DNA of 64,000 nt from Squalus acanthias (GCA_030390025.1 CM059443.1:46190001-46254000); one strand, 5' to 3'; positions 14,867 to 24,869 are shown, counted from the first letter of the stretch. The notes: generated by a model not told the origin, from the sequence alone. Translations and numbers: made by a program.

Positions 14867-15631
14867 AGCAGTACAACCCTGACTTGTCCAACAAGCCCCT
14901 GCCGTGCTGACTTACCATGGCCTAAAAACACCCTCCCGTGAACTAAACTATCACAGGACCCTTCCAACGCTAAACCCCCTCTGGTTTGGTAGGAACATAC
15001 AGGCACCCCCTCAAACAGCTAAGTGATCTTGTAGGTGTGCAGGCTTGGCAATGCTCACCTCGATTGCCCCTTTTGATCTTGCTTGCAGCTTCCTCCCATC
15101 CGTTTCGGCTACCTGGTTCCGTACCGGCCTTGCGGCATGTGAGTCCCAGTCTGAGTCGAATGCCGTCCCGGTTGGAAGAGCAAGGCTCAGCTCCTCTTGA
15201 CGTTGCGTTGTGTGGAGGGCAGGAGAGAGAGAGAGACCTATCCAAACTGCTCTCTAAATATACCCCTCCAATACACAGACCGCTGTCTGTGGTTTTAATG
15301 GACACATGGCCTCAGGGAATGGTCTTCAAGCTTCCTTCCAGGTTTGAATGGGTTTTTGATCTCATATCGATCTTCCAGCCGATTAACTTAACGAGTTCAT
15401 CTTGACCAGAACAATGAGTCGTCAGCCTTGTTAATCAAGACTGGGGAGTGGGCCTCTCGGGCCATTGTTCCCAGGGACAGTTCGTTTCCATAGGAATGAG
15501 TCATCTCCAGCTTGAGTGGTTTTTCACTGCTTCCCCCCTAACCCCCCCCCCCCGCCCCCGCAAGCAGCCTGTCCAGTTTTTAATAAGGGTTCATAATCTA
15601 AAAATCCATGGAGTCTGCGCCGACTGCTACA

Positions 15632-15642
15632 GGCCCCCCTTT
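15632..15642 (-). promoter_or_regulatory. Polypurine tract (PPT) of the provirus
   Basis: Minus strand reads AAAGGGGGGCC immediately before the TG of the 3' LTR. Confidence 0.85.
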
Positions 15643-15873
15643 GATATTTCAACTTTTCCCAAACAGAAATATCATCAAAAGTTCTGTGATCTTCCGCTGC
15701 GGGAGGCGCACTGTATATCCCAACTAAACCGTACATCAGATTTTACCCCAGGTCCTGTATCTCACACTTTATACAACAAATCACATCACAGTTACAGGTA
15801 TATATACAAACAGACAGTCAACTCCGGGCTATTCTTTAATCAAAGCTTGCCACCGGTTTCGGAGTGTTTTATT

Positions 15874-18141
15874 TCACTTTCTGCATGATAACCGGAGAAG
15901 GTAAAACACTAACACACATTGAACTACTACAATCACATGAGAAATCACACGAATCCATGGGGGAATCTCGATATTCAGACCGATGTCCCACCATGGCGGA
16001 GAAACCAGTTCTTTTATCTCATTCCCCGTTTCCCTGTTCCGTTGCTCGAGGGTATAGAAATGTTTTTGGGAGAGTTCAACTTCCTTTATTAATTTTGTGA
16101 GGTGTTCGGGCAGAGGAGGAATTTCATACCCAAACCGTGTTAGGTATTGTTGCAGGTCCGGTACCGTGTCATTCACCGTGAGGTGTACCGTGGTGGGCTC
16201 TGGAATGGGAATGATGCACTCTTGAGCCACCTGAACTGCTGTGTGAGGTTTGAAGCAGAAAGTCTAATCGGTGACCGGGCACCAAGTGTCGTTGTGTACC
16301 CGGTACTGGTCCACACTTGTCGTGACGCAGTACGTCCCTCTGCCCGCATATGCTACCTGGGGTGGAACGTGGCTTTGGGCCATCACCTCCATGGTGCAAT
16401 TAATGGGCTCCGCACCCTCTGATTCAAACCCGCACACCGGCCGATTAAACGCATCCAAATGCTGGGGACACAACACCACGTGCGCGCCCCTGCTCTGGCA
16501 TCCATTGAGGTCAGTGCCGGTCATGGCGTTCTCCCACTTTACAACAAACGGGGGGGCCCCATGATGTCGCACGTGCACCCCATCCCTTAGGACACCAATA
16601 TTCTCTATTCAGTATACCGGCGCTGGCCGCGGTGACCCGCCCATTACCGGCATCCGGAGTACAATCCCCATTACAGTGTGGTTGGACTGGCCACAGTCGA
16701 CTGGGACCGGGTATGCCTCTGAGGACAGTCGGAGTTGGCACGGGCTCATTAAATTTTCGTACGGGCTGAGCGCAGTGAGGTGCCGGTTGCTGACCCACGA
16801 AGGGACGCGACCTTGCTGTAGGTCCTCCAAATTACTGCGCCCTTCGTTCAGCAGCCACGCACCGTACAACACACACGCATCGTTTTTCGCTGCCTGCGCC
16901 GAGGCATTCTGATCCTCCCTCATCAAACTATTGATCGTCTGAGCGTGTGCCTCCAGCTCGGCTATGACTTCCTTTAAATGTATCGTCATAGCCTGATCTT
17001 CCCGTAACTCCGACCCCTCTAGCTCGTTACCCTCCCCCAGTATCTTTCGCAGCTGGTCCTTTAAGGTGTTGACCTGCATCTGCAACTGTGCATCGTCCAT
17101 ACTGTTGATAATGGACGTGCCCGTGCTGAAGGCTGTAGCCGCATCATTAATTACCCCCCGTCTATATCTCCCCGAACCAACACGATGGTTTACCGTTAAA
17201 TCGTACAGACTTTCCCGATTCACGTCCCCGTAACTTAATTCATAAAATTGTCGGAACATTTCCTTCAACAGGGCCTCATATAATATTTCCGATTCTACCG
17301 GACACCACCGGGGCAGCTGTACCCGGGTTAGATTTAGAATGACTGACGCGACTTCGTAGTGAACATCTTGGTACAAGATCTTGCCGGTCGGGACTAACAC
17401 TAACCCATTCCTCGGTCCCGGTGTGGTGGCGGGGCAACTAATCTGTGTTTCCTGTACCGGTGGGGCTGTGGGCAGGGGCTTCCTCTCGTGTGCTACCAGT
17501 TCCGTGGAATTTACTGTGTTGGGAGGGTCTGGGATCACGCAGGAGTCCCCACTCTGATCCCATCCGATCCCGGCCCCGGAATCCTGCCACCGTCGCAAGT
17601 AGGTAATCGACACACCTGCTGGGCAGACCCGTTCCGACCCCCACATACACACGTAAATTCCCTGTTCCTCTTTCCACCATTTATTCCAGCACATTTCTAC
17701 TCCCCCCCTCGCCCCCGTAATCTGTCGGTACGTATCGTCCCCCAGTTTCTCCCAGCCCGCGGATCGGTTACCCTTGGCCTGGCCCAACTTCCTTAACCAC
17801 CACCACCGTCCCTCACATCTTAGACAGACGCGTTTCCCCTCGGTCACCCTAACCTGTGTGGCTGTGACCTGCAGTTTGGGACACGGTATGGAAGCCTCTC
17901 CATACGTGAAACCCTCGCTGCCGGAGTACCGAGTCGAGTTCGATCCCAGCCACCCTGGCCACCTTCCCTCGTGGAAGTAAGTGGCCATTCCGTCCGTGTC
18001 CCCTGTCCTACCCCGCTGTGTCACGGTAGGCCCGTTCCCTCCTTTGTAGCCGTAGAGGAAGGACACCTCAGTGTCCCCTCTTTCCATGCTGCTAGTCCCG
18101 ATCATCATTAGGAATAGAAGTACGATAAATTTGTTGGCCAT
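15874..18141 (-). pseudogene. env: env: signal peptide, Ig-like domain, class I fusion (paramyxo/pneumovirus F-like) ectodomain, TM; two in-frame premature stops
   Basis: ATG 18141 MANKFIVLLFLMMIGTSS (signal peptide); furin site RYRR 17169-17158 followed by GVINDAATAFSTGTSII and a heptad repeat; Cys-rich region; C-terminal hydrophobic VISHVIVVVQCVLVFYLL. ORFs 16609-18225, 16264-16578 and 15874-16230 share one frame, separated only by TGA (16609-16611) and TAG (16264-16266). Confidence 0.88.
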
Positions 18142-18173
18142 ATCCCCTTGTTCCTCCGATCTCCTTTGGTTCC

Positions 18174-18200
18174 CTGCCAAAACAAAAGCAAAACAGTTCT
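18174..18200 (-). promoter_or_regulatory. Putative env splice acceptor
   Basis: Minus strand CTGTTTTGCTTTTGTTTTGGCAG|G about 33 nt upstream of the env ATG, in the pol-env spacer. Confidence 0.65.
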
Positions 18201-18290
18201 GTTCTGTGAGAGGGTTTTCCTCCACGGATCTGGTTTTGGTTATTTACAAAATATTTACAGTGTTCCCTGCCGCATTACCGAGCGCCCCAT

Positions 18291-21200
18291 TTAAGACCTC
18301 TCCCGTCGGGGCCTCTTGCGGCTCGCGGTTGGCGAGTAGGGAGGCGTCCACGGCACCCTGGACCATGGGACCCGACTGCTCCTCCTTACCGTCCCGTCCT
18401 CCGGGTCATCATCGTCCCACACCATGGGAGGAAGACCCGCGTCCACCAGGCTCATGACTGTGCCCTGGTGCCTCTTGACCTTTGTTTTCCCCTCCTCGGA
18501 GTTAAACAACTTGCACTGGTTTACATGAAACCATTTTGTGCGTTTCGGGAGTTTTACTGCATATACCATGGGGCTCGCTTTATCCACGATATTATAAGGC
18601 CCCATGTACAGCGGCTCGAACGCCCCTACTCGGGCGTAATTACGGACCATTTCCTGGTCTCCCACCTCCCACTCGTGGGTTCTCTGGGTTTCTAACAGCA
18701 GCCGATTTTTCTGGTGCTGGCTCCCCAGGTTACTGGCTGCCTGCCAGTGAATCCGTTTCAATGTCTTGTACAGATTCTGGACAAATCTGTCCCGGTTTAC
18801 CTCCCTGACCTGCGCTTCGGTGAGGACCAGTGCCAACACATGGGTTGGGGTGCGCATAATCATCCCAGTCATAAGCTCGTGTGGGGAGTACCCTGTGTTT
18901 CTGGAGGGGATGGCCCGGACACCCATTAAGACTAGAGGCAAGACCTCGTCCCATCTCTGCGGGAACGTGCTTATCTCCTTCCTCAGTCTTTCTTTCAGTG
19001 TCCGGTTCATACACTCCACAATCCCCGATGACTGGGGGTTGTGAGCATCATGCCACTTCCCTTGTATTCCCAAGAGTTTTAAGGTGGTCTGCATCACCTG
19101 CCCCATGAAATGGCTCCCTTGGTCGGACTCCACGACCTTTGGCAGCCCCCACCGGGAGAACACTTCCCTCACCAGGATTCTAGCTGTTGCTAGTGCCGTG
19201 GCTGCTCGGCAGGGGAAGGCTTCCACCCACTTGGAAAATACGTCCACCAGGACTAAACAGTACTTGTTGCCTGCTTTAGTGGTGGGTAGTGGTCTGATGA
19301 AATCGGCCTGCAGGGACTGCCACGGCCCCTCTACCCTCCTGGTGTGTCCTATGGGGGCTTTCCTGCGCTGCGGATCGGGGTTATTGGCTGCGCACACCAA
19401 ACAGTGCGCACAGAAAACTCGGACATCCTCCCTGAGCTGGGGCCACCACCCTGCCTCCTCTACCCTTTCCCAGGTAGTTTCCGGCCCTGGGTGTCCCGCC
19501 CCCGGGCCCCCATGGGCCAACTGGAGGAACTCCTCTCGGTGCCGCGCTGGGACTACCCACCGATCCCCTTTGAAAAGCATCCCCTCTTTGATACTAATGT
19601 CCGTTGCCCCGAATGGACCTTCTATGGACTCCCCATTCTCTCTCTTTACCAGGACGGCCTTAAGGGCGGGATCCTGGGCTTGGATCTGCTTTAAGTCCGG
19701 GGCCAAAGCTACCCCCTGTGTGCCTCCCTTGTCCCGGATTGCTGCTACCGGACCTGCTTTGCACGGATCCCAGAATGCTCCTTCCCTGGCCCCCTGTTTG
19801 GCCAGCTCGTCTGCCTTTTGGTTGCCCACCCACTTGGGCTCTGTCTTTGAATGGGCTTTAACTTTGTGAATATAGTGATCTCCCCGGGTGCCTGTGGCCT
19901 CCAAAATTTTACCTAGCAGCGGTGCTGTTGCTAGGGGCTTCCCACCTGCGGACTTGAATCCGCGCCTGGCCCAGATTGCCAAGTATTCCGTGCATGAGTT
20001 GCACGTGAACATAGAGTCCGAGCAAATGGTGTAGGGGGTGGGGAACTCGTCAGGGTGGGTGACCACGTACGCCACCGCCGCCAGTTCGGCGTGCTGAGCG
20101 CTCAGGGTGTTGGGGAGTTTATTGGCCTTCGCTATTTTAGCCGTAGGGTCATAGATTCCGCACCCGGTGAGACGCTCCCCCTTCACGACCGAACTGGACC
20201 CGTCTATATAGATGTCCCAGCCCATCGGGTGTATCCCGGCCCGAAATCCTTCATCTACATCCCACACCCCTTCTACCGTACACGTGTGGGCCGTCCCTGG
20301 GTAAATCTTGTTGGCTGCTAGCTTTGGCTCGGTCAACCCCTGCACTCTCAAGTTCATCTGCGAGAGCAATAAAGTCCAGCGGGCAATGCGAGCACTGCTC
20401 ACTGTCCTGTCCTTTATTCTCCCGTCCAACAACATCTGAGTGGGGGTATGGTGGGTGAGTAGAACTATCAGGGATGATCCCGTAAAGAGCTGAGAGCGTT
20501 TTACGGCCCAATGCGTGGCTAGGAGGTGCCTCTCGCAGTTGGAATATCCCCGTGCTACCTCGGTGAGAACCCTGGATGAGTATACCACGGGCCGTAGCTT
20601 GCCGTGTCGCTCCTGGAGCAACACCACGCTCAAGCTATCCCTGCTGGCTGCTACCTCTAAGAAGAATTCTTCCCCACCGTTAATGGCTCCCAATGCGGAT
20701 GCCGTCTGCAAATCCCCTTTGAGGCGAGTGAACGCTTCCTGGCAGTTCTGATTCCACTCCCACTCGACTCCCTTGCGGAGGAGCCGAAGCAGAGGGGCTG
20801 CTGTGGCTGCGTAACCCTCTATGAAGTCCCGGCAGTACCCTGTGAGTCCCAGAAAAGACCTTACCCCAGTCACATTCTTGGGGGCTGGTAGCTCCTGTAC
20901 TGCCTTCCTCCTAGCCTCGTCTATGGCCCTTTCACCGGCCCTTACGGTCAGCCCGAGGAATTTGACTTCCTCCTGGCCGATCTGGGCTTTCTTGGGGTTG
21001 ACCTTGAACCCCGCCTCCTGCAACAGCTTTAGCAGCTCGTCCAGCAGTGGCCCGTGCTCCTCCCCCTCTGCAGGTCGTCCACGTACTGGATTAACTGGTG
21101 GGGTCGGCTGAAGCCTTTTAATGCGTCCGCCATGCATTGGTGGAATATGGAGGGGCTGTTGTGGAACCCCTGGGGAAGGCATGTCCATGTATACTGCTGG

Positions 21201-22131
21201 CCTTTAAAAGTGAATGCAAACTTGCCTTCCTGTCTGAGGGGAATCGACCAAAACCCGTTGGAGATATCCAGCACTGTGAATGTGGTTGCGGTTGCTGGAA
21301 TGCTCCCTATCAGACCGGCGACAGCTGCGACTGTGGGCGCGCTAGCTGGGATGTTCTTATTGAGGACCCGATAGTCCACGGTGGCTCCCCACGACTGGCC
21401 AGAGTGGTGAGTTCACGTGGGTGGCTATTAGTCTCAACACCCCCTGTTTTACCAGGGATCCCAGTGCCGTCTCCAAGTCGGCTTCTGCCTCCCGGGGGAA
21501 ACTATACTGCTTTTGGGCCGTGACATGGGGTCCCCTTGCACCCGGACCTCTCCCCCGGTCACCCTGCCACAATCGTGTTTATGGGTGGCGAATGCGGCGA
21601 GGTTGTCCCGTACATTCGCCTGGTACTGGGCTGGGGCGCTACTAACCAACTGTTCCAGGTCGTAACTCCCTTTGGGTTTCATGGTGCATACACTACCCCC
21701 TCCTCCCTTATCTCTGGGGATCACTATCACCTCCTGTGTCTTGTCCGAGACCACTGCCCCCACAGGCAGTGATTCCTCAGGACCACAATGACCCGGTTGG
21801 CTAACATGAAATCAGCCCCGAGGACTCCCCACTCTGGTTGCTCCCATTTCATTAGCACGCACTTCCACGTGGTGCGGAGGGACCCTAGCTCTATTCTCAG
21901 GGGTTTGGACATTGCCCCCGCCTGCTCGTTCCCTGTGAATCCCATTAGGCTAAATGGGACCTTGTTGGACCAGGGTGAATTGGTCGGGTCTTCCGAATGG
22001 ACCACCGTGCTGGAAGCTACGGTGTCCACCAAATATCTCCCCTGCACCGTCTCCACCCCCATCTCAACACAGGGCCTGTCCCACTCATCATATGTGAGTG
22101 GACACAGGTACTCAGGCTGAGCGCGTTCTAA
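18291..22131 (-). pseudogene. pol: pol: protease, RT, tether (degenerate RNase H), RNase H, integrase; several frameshifts in PR/RT
   Basis: PR YLVDTVASST (DTG changed to DTV); RT motifs NSPLWPV, DYRVLN, LDISNGFW, LPQGFHNSP, QYVDD (21074-21085); RNase H IYIDGSS...SAQHAEL...CSDS...GNQKADELA; IN HHCC (AHGGPGAGH...CAHC), QADFI / ESDQG / GIVEC catalytic triad, GPY motif. Spread over five ORF-track pieces with frame changes. Confidence 0.95.
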
Positions 22132-23808
22132 TCAGGAGGAAGGAGGACACGCGGGTGCGGTCAGCGTTATGCTGCTCATGGCAGCGTCTAGCCTTCCTTT
22201 GTCCTTCCCCAGCACCGTGCGAAGGGCGGCCACCAGAACATCAAACGGTTCATTGGTCGCCTCCTTCGCCTCGGTGACCTGGGGTTTTCGCACGGGAGGA
22301 CCCCCTCGGCCTGACCCCCCCTTTTGGGCCAGGCAATCCCGCCTCCAATGTCCCGTCTTCCCACACTTGAAACAAGTCTTAGACTCATCGGTGTTACCCG
22401 CTTCCTGACGCCATTCCTTCCTATCCCCCTTACTGGTCTTCAGCTCATGTACCCTCCCCTTGTGTTTGACCTCCTCCCCGGAACCGGCCCTAAAAGCTAA
22501 ACCCAATTTCCGGAGCATGCCTGCCTCCGTGTTCGCGAGGTCCTCAGAGTCAAACCATGCTTCTGCCTTGGCTTTAATCTGTGGCAGGCTGTTTGCTACC
22601 AGGGTCCTGAGCCAGTGATTTCTGGGGACCCCTACCAGTTGCGTGCAGTCTGGCGCACCTCCAGTTGGCTTTGCGTACACCGGCCATCGCCTGTCCGCAA
22701 ATGCAGCCGGTGCCTCGCCGGCCAACTGTAGAGTCTGTTCCACTTGTGAGAACGGGCTACCCTGGGTGTGTCCCATGGCTCTCAGGATCCCCTCTTTCAA
22801 CCCCTCTGTGGTGCCTCGCCCCGCTTTTGTGGCTGCGGACAGGCTCTGATACAGTTTCCCGTCAAGGGAGAGCAGCATCAGCCTGTGGGTCTCGCCCTCG
22901 CTACACCCGTTGATCTCCCCTACCTGCTCGACCTCCATAAAGTGAACTGAGGGGTCCCCATCCTGTATTAGTTTGGACAACTCTGCTACCATGGCTTGCA
23001 ACTGTGGGGTGGTGAATGGGACCACGTAATCGCACTGCAGCGGGCCCTGGTCACCGTTTGGTGTGGGTGGACCGTACTTTTGCTGCCGCAGAGGATACAT
23101 TGGTCTCGGTGGCGCTTCTGGCGCCGGTGGGACTTCCCTGTCCTGAACCTTATCCTCTGCTTCCTGACCCTCCTCGTCCCACTCCACCCGGGTTTTCCCA
23201 TGCGCCATTAAACAGACCATGCCTCTGGCCCCAGACAAGGCTTGGGTCAATTTTTTAATCCTTTCTTCACAGGGACTATGATCAGAGTCTTCATAGCCCC
23301 TACTTCTAGCTACCTTATGAGCTATTTTAATGTCCCTTAGCTGACCCTCCAAACCATCAGCTCTCATTGTTAATCTTGCGTTCTCCTCCCGTAAGGTCTG
23401 CTCATTTAACCTGGCCTCCGTAACCTGGCACCGCAGGTATTCCCTCATATTGCGGGAGGTCTCTTCCTGCGCGCATCTTTCCTGTTTTTCCTCGTGCAAC
23501 TCCTCCACTAGTCTACTCCCGACTATCCCCCTTGCGTCTGACTTGTCTTCAGACTCCTTCAGCTCGTGTTTGAGCTTTTCAACCTTCTCCCGGAGCAGTT
23601 GAACTTGCTTTTGGAAACACAGGAGCCAAATCGCCTTCTCTTTGGACTTCCTGTGCTCCTTGCTCCCTGTCCACTCTGCGGCCCTATCCTGGGGACTCTC
23701 AGAGTGCAACATCTCCAGCACCCATTGCTGGGATACGTTAACCTTTGTAAACACGTTGGAGGAAATTCTGTCCTCCATTCCGGATCTCTTGCCCTCCAAA
23801 CTGTTCAT
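22132..23808 (-). CDS. gag: gag polyprotein (~558 aa), uninterrupted; coiled-coil region, capsid-like region, single CCHC zinc knuckle
   Basis: First ATG after the PBS is at 23808 (MNSLEGK); Glu/Lys/Leu heptad-rich segment; CFKCGKTGHWRRDC at 22333-22374; TGA at 22132-22134. Confidence 0.9.
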   Translation of the reverse strand: MNSLEGKRSGMEDRISSNVFTKVNVSQQWVLEMLHSESPQDRAAEWTGSKEHRKSKEKAIWLLCFQKQVQLLREKVEKLKHELKESEDKSDARGIVGSRLVEELHEEKQERCAQEETSRNMREYLRCQVTEARLNEQTLREENARLTMRADGLEGQLRDIKIAHKVARSRGYEDSDHSPCEERIKKLTQALSGARGMVCLMAHGKTRVEWDEEGQEAEDKVQDREVPPAPEAPPRPMYPLRQQKYGPPTPNGDQGPLQCDYVVPFTTPQLQAMVAELSKLIQDGDPSVHFMEVEQVGEINGCSEGETHRLMLLSLDGKLYQSLSAATKAGRGTTEGLKEGILRAMGHTQGSPFSQVEQTLQLAGEAPAAFADRRWPVYAKPTGGAPDCTQLVGVPRNHWLRTLVANSLPQIKAKAEAWFDSEDLANTEAGMLRKLGLAFRAGSGEEVKHKGRVHELKTSKGDRKEWRQEAGNTDESKTCFKCGKTGHWRRDCLAQKGGSGRGGPPVRKPQVTEAKEATNEPFDVLVAALRTVLGKDKGRLDAAMSSITLTAPACPPSS

Positions 23809-23827
23809 ATCTAATCCACAACCTATC

Positions 23828-23845
23828 GTCCTGCCGCGGTCGCCA
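23828..23845 (-). promoter_or_regulatory. Primer binding site complementary to tRNA-Arg(UCG)
   Basis: Minus strand TGGCGACCGCGGCAGGAC, 4 nt from the LTR end. It matches 18/18 to the 3' end of vertebrate tRNA-Arg(UCG), ...GTCCTGCCGCGGTCG-CCA (tRNA sequence recalled from memory). Confidence 0.88.
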
Positions 23846-23849
23846 ATTC

Positions 23850-24865
23850 TGTAACCGGTTTCTGCGGTGGCCAATTTCCTATGGGCCCTGCCGCAATCGC
23901 CAATTATTGTAAGTGGTTTCGCCTCGCCCGTAGCGAGCACGCAAACCCCCTTACTACAAGTTCTGGACGATAGGGATTACTGAGGACAGATTGGAACACG
24001 GACAGCATTTTCGGGCTCACCCGTACAGTGTTTATTAAGATTGACAAAAAACCACTCCACTCGCATACAGTACGAGCGGTGTGAACACAACAGTACAGTT
24101 TAAAACAGTACAACCCTGACTTGTCCAACAAGCCCCTGCCATGCTGACTTACCACGGCCAAAAAAACACCCTCCCGTGAACTAAACTATCACAGGACCCT
24201 TCCAACGCTAAACCCCCTCTGGTTTGGTAGGAACACACAGGCACCCCCTCACACAGCGAAGTGATCTTGTGGGTGTGCAGGCTTGGCAATGCTCACCTCG
24301 ATTGCCCCTTTTGATCTTGCTTGCAGCTTCCTCCCATCCGTCTCGGCTACCTGGTTCCGTACCGGCCTTGTGGCATGCGAGTCCCAGTCTGAGTCGAAGT
24401 CCGTCTCGGTTGGAAGAGCAAGGCTCAGCTCCTCTTGACATTCCGTTGTGTGGCGGGCAGGAGAGAGAGAGAGAGCTATCCAAACTGCTCTCTAAATATA
24501 CCCCTCCAATACACAGACCGCTGTCTGTGGTTTTAATGGACACATGGCCTCAGGGAATGGTCTTCAAGCTTCCTTCCGGGTTTGAATGGGTTTTTGATCT
24601 CATATCGATCTTCCAGCCGATTAACTTAACGAGTTCATCTTGACCAGAACAATGAGTCGTCAGCCTTGTTAATCAAGACTGGGGAGTGGGCCTCTCGGGC
24701 CATTGTTCCCAGGGACAGTTCGTTTCCATAGGAATGAGTCATCTCCAGCTTGAGTGGTTTTTCACTGCTTCCCCCCTAACCCCCCCCGCCCCCGCAAGCA
24801 GCCTGTCCAGTTTTTAATAAGGGTTCATAATCTAAAAATCCATGGAGTCTGCGCCGACTGCTACA
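23850..24865 (-). repeat. 5' LTR (1016 bp) with TATA-like box and polyA signal
   Basis: TG...CA termini; minus-strand TATATTTAG near 24492-24500, GTAAGT at 24147-24152, AATAAA at 24031-24036. Confidence 0.96.
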
Positions 24866-24869
24866 TCTC

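Larger units (their letters stand above)
13962..15631 (-). repeat. 3' LTR (1670 bp including ~650 bp of secondary insertions)
   Basis: Collinear with 23850-24865 except for the insert at ~14218-14866; starts TGTAACC and ends CTGCTACA on the + strand. Confidence 0.96.
13962..24865 (-). mobile_element. Full-length defective endogenous retrovirus, lokiretrovirus-like (LTR-PBS-gag-pol-env-PPT-LTR)
   Basis: Two LTRs with TG...CA termini, near-matching 4-bp TSD (TCTT 13958-13961 / TCTC 24866-24869), PBS, PPT, gag with CCHC, pol in PR-RT-tether-RNase H-IN order, and env. The lokiretrovirus assignment is inferred from the dual RNase H and F-like env. Confidence 0.9.

Noticed and set aside
19084-19869. 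261-aa antisense ORF over RNase H/integrase
   Set aside because: No motif or ATG context suggesting an accessory gene; such ORFs are expected opposite GC-rich coding sequence.
23809-23940. 5' extension of the gag ORF given by the ORF track
   Set aside because: It starts at a non-ATG codon inside the LTR and crosses the PBS; ATG 23808 is the more plausible start.
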